Source: an uncultured Spartobacteria bacterium | GTDB taxonomy: Bacteria; Verrucomicrobiota; Verrucomicrobiia; Chthoniobacterales; Chthoniobacteraceae | Assembly (NCBI GenBank): GCA_903882875.1 | Contig: CAIRYQ010000023.1 | Location: 3,680 to 67,679, forward strand | Direction: 5' to 3' | DNA length: 64,000 nucleotides | Shown here: piece by piece, positions 45,287-53,865 of the stretch | Layout: each line of letters starts with the position of its first letter | How positions within the stretch are numbered: the first letter of the stretch is position 1 | Notes under the pieces: model-generated | Seen by the model: the letters and a program-made list of their open reading frames with translations, nothing else | Told to the model about the DNA's origin: nothing | Database searches by the model: none | Position numbers and translations under genes: made by a program

Positions 45287-45622
45287 TTATTCTTCGTCGC
45301 GCTTGGCGTTTGGGTCGGTCGGAAAATAAGCCCGGTATCGATCCTCACCCTTCAGCGAGTTCCGCATGTCCACGGATTCGGCGAGTGATGGGTTTTGCTG
45401 CCTCATTTCTTCGAGCATGTCGTCGTAAACTGTTTGGATGATCTTCCCAAGGCCGGCCCGCTCAACCTCGAACTTCGTGCCGTGCATTTCCGCTGAAACC
45501 GATGATAAATGTGCTGCCAGTGCTTCAAGTTGAGCGGATTGCAAATAGACGAGTTGGCGCAAAAAATCGATCTCCGAATGTATCTCTTTCACGGCCTCTG
45601 CTGGCGTCTGTTCGTCGCTCAT
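45287..45622 (-). CDS. Hypothetical protein (111 aa) inside the IS element
   Basis: Reasonable coding composition and acidic, helical character. Lies downstream of the transposase on the same strand. No family recognised. Confidence 0.5.
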   Translation of the reverse strand: MSDEQTPAEAVKEIHSEIDFLRQLVYLQSAQLEALAAHLSSVSAEMHGTKFEVERAGLGKIIQTVYDDMLEEMRQQNPSLAESVDMRNSLKGEDRYRAYFPTDPNAKRDEE

Positions 45623-45753
45623 GTGACGCGATTAACCACGCCGCATTCAGCGCCGTCAATCACTGGCTTTTCCTCATCGCCTTTGCAGCCCGGAGCGCAT
45701 TCGCGAGCCGCTTGAGGCATCGCGTGTTGCACCGCTTCCCGCGTCCCTCCCGC

Positions 45754-46731
45754 TTATGCAGCGGGTCGAAGCCCGTCATCACCGATCAGCTTCTTGTATG
45801 TCAGCCGCTTGCCGATGATGCCGTTGATTGCTTTCAGGAACCGACCCTGATCGTCGTCCTTCCGTTCGTTGAAACGGAAAACCTGTTCCGTGACGTAGCG
45901 GTGCAAATGGAAGGGCTCAACGCTGATGTACGTTCCTTTGATGGCGCGTTTCAAGAGCGCCCAGAAGTTCTCAAGACCGTTCGTGTGGACGTTGCCTTGC
46001 ACGTAGGCTTTCGCGTGATCCACGACTTTGTGAATGAAATCGCGCTGCACGTCCTCGTAAATCTTGGACGAATCCGTGTGGACTTCCGTGCCCTTCTCAA
46101 CGGTCGCGTGCATGTGGGGCATTGCCGTGCGCTTTGTGGGCACCTTGGGCAGCACGGCGGCAAACACCTTGGAAACGGGATGCGCTTCCGTGGGGCGTTG
46201 CAGAAGGCCGACAACCGCCGTTTTCGCGTACCAGCCGTTGCCCTGCGTGATTCCACGACGGCGCTTGACGTTCTTGTGCATGAACTCGGCGCGCCCGCCG
46301 ACGTAGGTTTCATCGGCTTCAATCGTGCCGGTCATTTTGACAATCGAGCCGTTCTGGATCGCAAGGCGAATGCGGCCCAGCATGAACCAGCCCGTCTTTT
46401 GCGTGACGCCGATCGCGCGGTGGATCTCGTAGCTGCTGATTCCGTTCTTCGCATTCGTGAGAAGCCAGAAGGCCATCATCCATTTGCCGAGCGGCAGAGG
46501 CGAGTCCTGAAAGATTGTGCCGAAGCGCACACCGTATTTGTGCGAGCATCCCTTGCATTTCCACATCCGGCGCGAGGCAAGGAAATACGATTTCTTCGAT
46601 GCACAGCGCGGGCACGTCGCCTCGCCATTCTCCCAGCGGATCGAGCGCACGAATTCAAAGGCCCGCTGCTCATCGGCGAAGAAAACAATCGTCTCTTGCA
46701 GCGTCTCGGGAAATTCGTTTTCTGTTTTCAT
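45754..46731 (-). CDS. IS1595-family transposase (N-terminal zinc ribbon + ISXO2-like DDE domain)
   Basis: CPRCASKKSYFLASRRMWKCKGCSHKY zinc ribbon and IEADETYVGG DDE block. About 325 aa from the ATG at 46731; the track ORF extends to a GTG at 46749. Confidence 0.85.
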   Translation of the reverse strand: MKTENEFPETLQETIVFFADEQRAFEFVRSIRWENGEATCPRCASKKSYFLASRRMWKCKGCSHKYGVRFGTIFQDSPLPLGKWMMAFWLLTNAKNGISSYEIHRAIGVTQKTGWFMLGRIRLAIQNGSIVKMTGTIEADETYVGGRAEFMHKNVKRRRGITQGNGWYAKTAVVGLLQRPTEAHPVSKVFAAVLPKVPTKRTAMPHMHATVEKGTEVHTDSSKIYEDVQRDFIHKVVDHAKAYVQGNVHTNGLENFWALLKRAIKGTYISVEPFHLHRYVTEQVFRFNERKDDDQGRFLKAINGIIGKRLTYKKLIGDDGLRPAA

Positions 46732-46768
46732 CTTGACTAAAAGTAGCACATCAATTCAGATTGAGTCA

Positions 46769-46963
46769 ATGAAAAAAAGTAGCACAAAAAAGAAAGTTTC
46801 TCGTGGGCGGCCAACGGTGCCCGCGAAGAAAAAGCGCAGCCTGACCATCTCGTTTCGCGCCACCGCCGCAGAGCAAGAACGCATTGAGCGGGCCGCATTG
46901 CGGGCCGCCACTCGCGCAACGACGTGGATACGCAACGTGGTGCTCGCCGCTGCCGCTGATTGA
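46769..46963 (+). CDS. Small basic ribbon-helix-helix-like protein (MobC/CopG-like), divergent from the transposase
   Basis: 64 aa. A Lys/Arg-rich N-terminus is followed by RSLTISFRATAAEQERIERAALRAATRATTWIRNVVL, a pattern typical of RHH DNA-binding proteins. The assignment is by pattern only. Confidence 0.5.
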   Translation: MKKSSTKKKVSRGRPTVPAKKKRSLTISFRATAAEQERIERAALRAATRATTWIRNVVLAAAAD

Positions 46964-46973
46964 CAGCGGGGTG

Positions 46974-47046
46974 TACCGAGGGTAGGATTTGAACCTACAA
47001 GCTCCGACCTAGATCATCGGTGTTCGTTCCATCGAACTGCCTCGGC
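46974..47046 (-). tRNA. tRNA-like cloverleaf (anticodon position UCU, Arg-like) with atypical features; possible pseudo-tRNA
   Basis: The minus strand reads GCCGAGG-CA-GTTC-GATGGAAC-GAAC-A-CCGAT-GATCTAG-GTCGG-AGCTT-GTAGG-TTCAAAT-CCTAC-CCTCGGT-A. All four stems pair and the T-loop is canonical. However, positions 8 and 33 are C and A instead of U, and no CCA is encoded. Confidence 0.4.
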
Positions 47047-47558
47047 GGTTCCGGTAATCGTGGGCGCTGCAACGCCCGCGACGCGGAAAGTGGTTGCTGG
47101 GAAAGGGGTCGCATCCCGGTGTGAAAGACTGCGACGACAGCAGCGCCACCGCGGACTCGCGATGACTGCCGGGATGCGATTTGGAAGTTGGCTTCTGCAT
47201 GTGCGTCACGGTCTTTCACAACCGTGATTCGCGGCGTCCTGCATCGGTCTGGAAATGGCAAGAAAAATCTTCAGGACTGACCAAGGCACCCTAATTCATG
47301 GGCATCCAAGTATATTATTCCCCTTTCCAGTCCCGGCGCGTTTCATTATTTACGACTGGCAATCCATCGGCGCGCGCAACGAAGCGTGCCCGCGCTGTCA
47401 CCAGCACGGCAGCGGACGAGCGAGTTTTTTTTTGCCTTGTGAAAAAGCCGTTAAGAAACCTCCGCGTTCCCGATTCTCCAATCAATGCCTCACTTGCAAC
47501 CCTGCCTGCTAGGGCTGCCTCACCGGGCGGTGAGTGTGAGTTTCCTGTCCCCTAATCC

Positions 47559-50426
47559 ATGAAACATTCCCTCCTCCTTCTCGGGCTTCTGCCTGCCGTC
47601 GTCCTCGCAAATGCGATCCGTCCCGCCGAGCCGGCAGCGGACAAAGCATCGAAACTTGCGGGTGCCGCGAAAATCACAAAGACCGCGGGCGAGCGATGGA
47701 AGGACATCGCGAAGGCGGACGATGCGAGTTTCCGCAGGCATGTGATTCCGCTGATGTCGCGCGCAGGTTGCAGCGGGCGCGAGTGCCACGGATCGTTCCA
47801 AGGGCGCGGCGGATTCCAGCTTTCGCTGTTTGGCTACGACTTTGAAAAGGATCACGAGGCGATCACTCAGGGGAAGGGCGGCGCGGAGGAAGTGCGCGTG
47901 GATTTGAAGGATCCGATGAAGAGCCTCATCATCGCGAAGCCGGCGCTCGACGGCGAGGAGCACAAGGGCAAGAAGCGGTTCGAAAAAGGATCGTGGGAAT
48001 ACAATCTGATTCTCAAGTGGATTCAGGCGGGCGCAAAATCGGACGTCGCGGAAACGGGTGATTTTGCGCGTCTCGAAGTGCTGCCGAAGGAACTCGTTTT
48101 CAAGAAGAGCGGCGAGGCGATACAGCTCAAGGTGATCGCTTACTGGAAGGACGGCACGGTCGAGGATGTCACGCAGCTCACACGCTTCCGCACGAATGAC
48201 GAGTCGGTGGCGCTCGTGAATGACACGGGCCTCGTGACCTCGAAGACGCCGGGCGACACGCACATCGTGGCATTTTACGACAATGGCGTGGAGCCGGTGC
48301 CCGCGGTGCTGCCGGTCTCGGACAAGGTCGGCGCAAATTTCCCGAAAGTGCGCACGCCCACGAAGGTGGACGAGATCGTGGTCGCGAAGCTGCGCAAGAC
48401 AGGGATCCTGCCGAGCGAGATCTGCACGGACTCGGAGTTCTTGCGGCGCGCTTCGCTCGATGTCACGGGCACGCTGCCGACGGCGCGCGAGGCGGAGACT
48501 TTTGCAAAGGACACCGCGCCGGACAAGCGCGCGAGAAAGATTGACGAACTGCTCTCGCGCCCGGCCTACGCGGCGTGGTGGACGACAAAGCTGTGCGATT
48601 TTACCGGGAACAATCCGCGGCGCATCCGCCTCGGCGGAAACGTCGGGCGCAACTTGGGCGGTGAGATGTCGAAGCAGTGGTACGACTGGATTTACAAGCG
48701 CATCGCGGAGAACACGCCTTATGACAAGCTCGCGGCAGGCATCGTCCTAGCGACGAGCCGCACTAAGCCGGATCAAAAGTACGGGGAATTCGTGCATGAG
48801 ATGGGCAGCTATTTCCGCAAGGAGAATCCCGCAGACTTTGCGACACGGCCAAATCTGCCGTGGTATTGGATGCGGCAGAATGTGCAGAAGCCGGAGGAAA
48901 AGGCGCTGTCGTTTGCGCACACGTTCCTCGGCGTGCGCATTGAATGCGCGCAGTGCCACAAGCATCCGTTCGACCAGTGGACGAAGACGGACTTCGAGCA
49001 CTTCCAGGCATTTTTCTCCGGCGTCGCGGGCGGATCCAAGGGCGGTGGTGAGAAAATGTCGAAGGGCGATGCAGCCGCAGCGGCGGCGTCGGGCGAGATG
49101 ACGCCTGCGAGCCTGCGCGCGGAGATCAAGGCCACGGTGGACAAGGCGATGGACGGCAAAGTGGAGGACATGAAGAAAGGCAACGAGCGGCAAAAGATCG
49201 AGCAGACGGAGATGGGCCGGCGCATCAGCGCAGGCGAGCCGATTCCGTGGGACGAGCTTTACGTGGACATCAAGCGCGTCGGCCAGCCGATGAAGCAGGA
49301 CAAGAAAGATTTTCAGAACAGTTCGCGAGTGATCACGCCAAAGATCCTCGGCGGCACGGAAGTGATGATGGAGCAATACAATGATCCGCGCGCACCGCTG
49401 ATGGAATGGCTGCGCAGCAAGGAGAACCCGTATTTTGCAAAGGCATTCGTCAACCGCGTGTGGGCGTCTTATTTCAGCCGCGGCATCGTGGAACCCGCGG
49501 ACGACCTGAACCTCGCGAACGCGCCGAGCAATGCGGAGCTGTTCAATTACCTCGCAAACGGATTCATCGCGCACAATTTCGACATCAAGTGGCTGCACCG
49601 CGAAATCCTGAACAGCGACACGTATCAGCGGAGCTGGAAGACGAACCCGACAAACAAGCTCGACGAGAAAAACTTCAGCCATGCGGTGATCCGCCGCCTG
49701 CCCGCCGAGGTGGTCTTTGATGCTATCGCGATGGCCACGGCCTCGACGGAGCGCGCGGAGAAATTCGCGACCGACATCACCGACCGCACCATCGGCCCGA
49801 ACGCGATTTCGGGTACCGTCGGCAAGGGTGGCGGCGGTGGCGACTCCTACGCAATGACCATCTTCGGCAAACCCGCCCGCGAGGTGAACTGCGACTGCGA
49901 ACGCACGACCGATCCGACCTTGCTCCAGACGATCTACACGCGGAACGATCCAAACCTTCTGACCAAGGTCGAAGGCTCCAACCGCTCGGGCTGGATGGAC
50001 GAGGTGCGCAACCAGTTCACTCCGGTGCAGGATCGGAGCCCCGAGGCCATCCGCGGCAAGATCGCGAAGATGGATGCGAAATTCGCGGAAGTGGTGAAGG
50101 AGCCGAAGAAACCCGAACCGGGCAATGCCAAGGCCGATGCCGGTTACCAGGAGCAGATGCGGCAGTATGAAAGCCGCGTCGCCGAAGTGAAGGTGCAGCG
50201 CGCCGAACTCACGAAGCAGCTCGCCGAGGCGGAAAAGCCGAGGCGGAAACTGGATCTCGACACCGCGATTGGCGAAATATTTCTCCGCACCGTGAGCCGT
50301 CCCGCCACCGCCGATGAAGTCGCGCAGGCGAAGACCGACATCGCCGCCGCAAAGACGCCCGTGGACGGCATCCGCGATTTGCTCTGGGCCATGCTGAACA
50401 CGCGCGAATTCATGGTGAACCACTGA
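47559..50426 (+). CDS. DUF1549/DUF1553 domain protein (PSCyt-type) with Ig-like domain
   Basis: Signal peptide. LMSRAGCSGRECHGSFQGRGGFQLSLFGYD matches DUF1549, and ECAQCHKHPFDQWTKTDFEHFQAFF matches DUF1553. It is followed by its usual DUF1501 partner. Confidence 0.9.
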   Translation: MKHSLLLLGLLPAVVLANAIRPAEPAADKASKLAGAAKITKTAGERWKDIAKADDASFRRHVIPLMSRAGCSGRECHGSFQGRGGFQLSLFGYDFEKDHEAITQGKGGAEEVRVDLKDPMKSLIIAKPALDGEEHKGKKRFEKGSWEYNLILKWIQAGAKSDVAETGDFARLEVLPKELVFKKSGEAIQLKVIAYWKDGTVEDVTQLTRFRTNDESVALVNDTGLVTSKTPGDTHIVAFYDNGVEPVPAVLPVSDKVGANFPKVRTPTKVDEIVVAKLRKTGILPSEICTDSEFLRRASLDVTGTLPTAREAETFAKDTAPDKRARKIDELLSRPAYAAWWTTKLCDFTGNNPRRIRLGGNVGRNLGGEMSKQWYDWIYKRIAENTPYDKLAAGIVLATSRTKPDQKYGEFVHEMGSYFRKENPADFATRPNLPWYWMRQNVQKPEEKALSFAHTFLGVRIECAQCHKHPFDQWTKTDFEHFQAFFSGVAGGSKGGGEKMSKGDAAAAAASGEMTPASLRAEIKATVDKAMDGKVEDMKKGNERQKIEQTEMGRRISAGEPIPWDELYVDIKRVGQPMKQDKKDFQNSSRVITPKILGGTEVMMEQYNDPRAPLMEWLRSKENPYFAKAFVNRVWASYFSRGIVEPADDLNLANAPSNAELFNYLANGFIAHNFDIKWLHREILNSDTYQRSWKTNPTNKLDEKNFSHAVIRRLPAEVVFDAIAMATASTERAEKFATDITDRTIGPNAISGTVGKGGGGGDSYAMTIFGKPAREVNCDCERTTDPTLLQTIYTRNDPNLLTKVEGSNRSGWMDEVRNQFTPVQDRSPEAIRGKIAKMDAKFAEVVKEPKKPEPGNAKADAGYQEQMRQYESRVAEVKVQRAELTKQLAEAEKPRRKLDLDTAIGEIFLRTVSRPATADEVAQAKTDIAAAKTPVDGIRDLLWAMLNTREFMVNH

Positions 50427-50475
50427 TTCTTTCGACGACGAAAAACCACCCAAACCTCCAAACAAAAACACCACT

Positions 50476-51780
50476 ATGTCCAACTACATCTGCTGCGACG
50501 GCATCGCCCGCCGCGACTTCATCCGGGTCGGAGCCATCACCGGCTTCAGCCTCGGTTTCGGCCTGCAAAACTTCCTCGCGCACGCCGCGACCGAAGGCAT
50601 CTCACCCAAGGGAAAAGCCAAGGCTGCCATCTTCGTCCGCCTTGGCGGCGGGCCGAGCCACATGGACACCTTTGACCTGAAGCCCGACGCGCCCGACACG
50701 CACCGCGGCGAATTCAAGCCGATCGCCACGAATGTCCCCGGCATGCAAATTTCCGAGCATCTACCGAAGCTCGCGAAATGCGCCGACAAGTTTGCGATCC
50801 TGCGCGGCGTCTCGCACACGCTCGCGGCGCATGAACTCGGCTCGATCTACATGGGCACCGGCAACCGTCCCCTGCCCTCGCTGCAATTCCCGAGCCTCGG
50901 CGCAGTCGTGTCAAAGGAACTCGGCGCGGCCCCCGAACTGCCCGCGTTCGTCGCAGTGCCCTCGCAGGGCAACAACCCGACCGGCTACCTCGGCGTGGAA
51001 TACGGGCCGTTCGACACCGGCTCGGCACCGCAGCCCGGCAAGGCCATGGAAATCCGCGGCCTCGCGCTGCGCGGCGTGACGATGGAAGACGTGGATCGCC
51101 GCCAGAATCTCGTGGGCCGTTACGACAAGGCCTTCGGCGAACTCGCAAAGGAGGACAAAATCCTCGCGGGCATGGATGAGTTCGGACGCAAGGCCTACGC
51201 GATGATGCGCTCCGAGAAAGCGCGCGAGGCATTCGATCTCTCCAAGGAATCCCCGAACATCACGAGCCTCTTCGGCACGGATCAGTTTTCGCAGAGCGCC
51301 CTGCTCGCGACGCGCCTCGTCGAAAGCGGTGTGAAATTTGTGACGCTGAACCTCGGCGGCTGGGACACGCACGCCGACAACTTCAATGCGCTGAAAAACA
51401 AGCAGCTTCCGCCGCTCGACGCCGGCCTCAGCGGTCTCTTCCAGGCGCTCGCGCTCAAGGGCCTGCTCGACTCCACGGTCGTCTATGTCACCGGCGAATT
51501 CGGCCGCACGCCGAAGGTCAACCAGCGCGGCGGACGCGACCATTATCCGCGCGCCATGTTCACGCTGCTCGCGGGCGGCGGAATCAAGATGGGGCAGGTC
51601 GTCGGAGCCAGCGATGAGAAAGGCGAAGGCCCGAAGGATCAAGGCATCTCGCCCGATGACGTCGCTGCGACGTTCTTCACCGCGCTCGGCATCAATCCGC
51701 GCAAGGAATACAACACTCCCAGCGGCCGCCCGGTGATGATCACGCGCTACGGCACGCCGGTCAAGGAACTCATCGGCTAG
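50476..51780 (+). CDS. DUF1501 domain protein (sulfatase-like fold, Tat signal)
   Basis: RRDFIRVGAITGFSLGFG twin-arginine-type leader, GGPSHMDTFDLKPDAP and GGWDTHADNF motifs. Confidence 0.9.
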   Translation: MSNYICCDGIARRDFIRVGAITGFSLGFGLQNFLAHAATEGISPKGKAKAAIFVRLGGGPSHMDTFDLKPDAPDTHRGEFKPIATNVPGMQISEHLPKLAKCADKFAILRGVSHTLAAHELGSIYMGTGNRPLPSLQFPSLGAVVSKELGAAPELPAFVAVPSQGNNPTGYLGVEYGPFDTGSAPQPGKAMEIRGLALRGVTMEDVDRRQNLVGRYDKAFGELAKEDKILAGMDEFGRKAYAMMRSEKAREAFDLSKESPNITSLFGTDQFSQSALLATRLVESGVKFVTLNLGGWDTHADNFNALKNKQLPPLDAGLSGLFQALALKGLLDSTVVYVTGEFGRTPKVNQRGGRDHYPRAMFTLLAGGGIKMGQVVGASDEKGEGPKDQGISPDDVAATFFTALGINPRKEYNTPSGRPVMITRYGTPVKELIG

Positions 51781-51830
51781 CGATCTCGTGCTCGCCGACG
51801 GAAGGAGGCGGGCCGGGCGAAAAATCACGA

Positions 51831-51866
51831 AGGCCGGATGCTGAGAGGCATCCGGCCTTTGTCGTT
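51831..51866. terminator. Possible bidirectional terminator hairpin between convergent genes
   Basis: aggccggatgc-tgagag-gcatccggcct is an 11-bp stem. The T-tracts are weak on both strands. Confidence 0.45.
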
Positions 51867-52017
51867 CCAGGAGCGCGCGAAAGCGGAAAAGATTGCCTGC
51901 CTTGTCACCGGATTGCGCACGCGCAGGATCTTTCTTGTTCGCCTCACTGCGCTCGATCTGGACGCGCGGATTTTCGGGAGCCACACACTCCCGACTGTGC
52001 TCGCGGGACGTGGCGAA

Positions 52018-53853
52018 CTATTCTGAAACGGCGCACATCTCGAAATACGCCGGCGTGAGCGGTGGCATTTCGGCGAGCGTGATTCCATTTGCTAACACTT
52101 CATTCGCGTCGATGCGCAGCGGCACGAGGCCGCTCACGCGATCTTCGAACAGCAACGTGCCGGACATTTTTCCGAAAGCCAAGCATGCCTCGTCGCTGAA
52201 GAGGACTCTCACGTCGCGGAATGTCGTGCTGCGGTGCAAGTTCACGATGACAAGAAACGGGTGTGCATCCGTGACAGGCACTCGCAGGTAAGCGTAGAGC
52301 CAGTGACCGCTCGCGGGCTCGCCTTCGATGCGGCCAAATCCGGGATTTGAAATGTTCGCGCCATTCAGCGGAATGAACGTGCCGTCGCGGAACGCGGGCT
52401 CGCCGCACACCGCGAGCAGCCTGCCGTAAAATGCGCGCAGGCTGCGTTGCAGAGGCGAGAGGCGGGCGCCGTCGTAGCGGTGGCCGTTCACCCATTTCGC
52501 AAACTCGGGCATGGACCAGTAATCAAAGATCGTCGTGCGCCCGTTGCCGCCGCCGAATCCCGCGACGCTATCGGCGGGTTCGCCGACTTCCTGCCCGTGG
52601 TAGAGCAGCAGCGGGCCGCGCGAAATTCCGAAGAGCACGCCGCACACGGCGCGTCCCACTTCCATGCCAATGCCGCCCCATTCGCCGCGCGCGGCGAGCC
52701 GCACTTCGTCGTGATTTTCCGCGTAGCGCAATGCGGTGGAGAAAAATTCCGCAGACTGCGCAGTGAGCGTGCCGTCGAGGTCGTTTGCCCACGCGGGGCC
52801 GTCGTAGATGCGCTTGAGCGTCTTGTAGGACGGGTCGTCGTACACGGCGTCGAAGCCCGCGTGGAGCAGCGCGGTGAGCACGTTGCCGCGCTCCACTTTC
52901 ATCGGATCGTTGTCGTACGCCTCGGCGATGAAAAATGCATGCGGGTCGCGCTCGCGCGCGCGAACGATCGCCCACGCCCAAAATTTCACGGGCACCATGT
53001 GCGCCATGTCGCAGCGGAAGCCGTCCACGCCGAGCGCCTGCCAGCGCGCGAGCACGGCGTCCATCTTCCTCCATGTGCCGGGCACGGGCGCGGCGGGATT
53101 TTCCGCGCAGGGAAAGCGGCGCAGGCCGGTCGTGAACTCATAGCCGTAGTTGAGCTTCACGGTCTCGTACCAGTCGTTCGGCGAAGGCGTCCACGTCGCG
53201 GCATTGTTGCCGGTCGCGCGTGCGTGTTCCATTTCACCGGAAAAAAATCCGTCGCACGTTCCGAGCACGCGGCAGGTCGGGCTGATGCACTCGCCGTTCA
53301 CGATGGTCGGCAGGCGTAGCGGCGGGCCGCCGGGGTGCCAGCCGGGTTGCAGCCAGAAGAAATTGTTTTCCGGCGAGAAAAATTTCCCGCGGTCGTCGTT
53401 CGCGCCGAAATCCACGAGCTTCGAGCGGTGGCTGCGCGCGACGTGGTTGGCGACGAAATCAATGATCACCCGCAGGCTGAGCGCGTGCGCGCGGTCGAGC
53501 AGCGCGCGGAATTCGTCCATGCGCTTTTCCGGATCGATCGCGTAGTCGGGGCAGACGAATGCGTAGTCCTTGATCGCATACGGCGAGCCGGCGAGGCCCT
53601 TGAGCAGATCGGGATCGTCGGCGGGCGCGCCGATGGACGACCAGTCCGTCGCCGTGGCCTGCGCATGGACGCCGGTGAGCCACAGGTGCGTGATGTGCAG
53701 TTCCTCGCGCAGCGCACGCAGCGCGGTGTCGCTGATGTCCGCAAATTTCCCGACACCGTTTTCCGCGAGCGTGCCGTTTGGCTTGCGGGTCTCGTTCGTG
53801 TTTCCGAAGAGGCGGGGAAGTAGCTGGTAGATGCGCGGACGCTCCATGTGCAC
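52018..53853 (-). CDS. Alpha-amylase family glycoside hydrolase (GH13)
   Basis: GH13 conserved regions VIIDFVANHV, GVDGFRCDMAHMVP, FFIAEAY and YAENHDE. Confidence 0.85.
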   Translation of the reverse strand: MHMERPRIYQLLPRLFGNTNETRKPNGTLAENGVGKFADISDTALRALREELHITHLWLTGVHAQATATDWSSIGAPADDPDLLKGLAGSPYAIKDYAFVCPDYAIDPEKRMDEFRALLDRAHALSLRVIIDFVANHVARSHRSKLVDFGANDDRGKFFSPENNFFWLQPGWHPGGPPLRLPTIVNGECISPTCRVLGTCDGFFSGEMEHARATGNNAATWTPSPNDWYETVKLNYGYEFTTGLRRFPCAENPAAPVPGTWRKMDAVLARWQALGVDGFRCDMAHMVPVKFWAWAIVRARERDPHAFFIAEAYDNDPMKVERGNVLTALLHAGFDAVYDDPSYKTLKRIYDGPAWANDLDGTLTAQSAEFFSTALRYAENHDEVRLAARGEWGGIGMEVGRAVCGVLFGISRGPLLLYHGQEVGEPADSVAGFGGGNGRTTIFDYWSMPEFAKWVNGHRYDGARLSPLQRSLRAFYGRLLAVCGEPAFRDGTFIPLNGANISNPGFGRIEGEPASGHWLYAYLRVPVTDAHPFLVIVNLHRSTTFRDVRVLFSDEACLAFGKMSGTLLFEDRVSGLVPLRIDANEVLANGITLAEMPPLTPAYFEMCAVSE

Positions 53854-53865
53854 CTACTTTGAACG

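Larger units (their letters stand above)
44911..47332 (-). mobile_element. IS1595-family insertion element with passenger genes (~2.4 kb), bounded by 34-nt imperfect terminal inverted repeats
   Basis: Left IR 44911-44944 is gactggaaagggggataatatacttgcgtgccca. The reverse complement of 47299-47332 is gactggaaaggggaataatatacttggatgccca (31/34). The direct repeat cggcgc(g) flanks both ends. GC content is visibly lower than the flanks. Confidence 0.75.

Noticed and set aside
46965-47298. tmRNA (ssrA), suggested by a T-arm/acceptor-like 3' end next to a structured region
   Set aside because: The tRNA-like part forms a complete four-arm cloverleaf including an anticodon arm, which tmRNA lacks. No tag-peptide reading frame ending in a hydrophobic ...AA stop was seen, no CCA is encoded, and the acceptor does not resemble the G-U alanine identity context of tmRNA.
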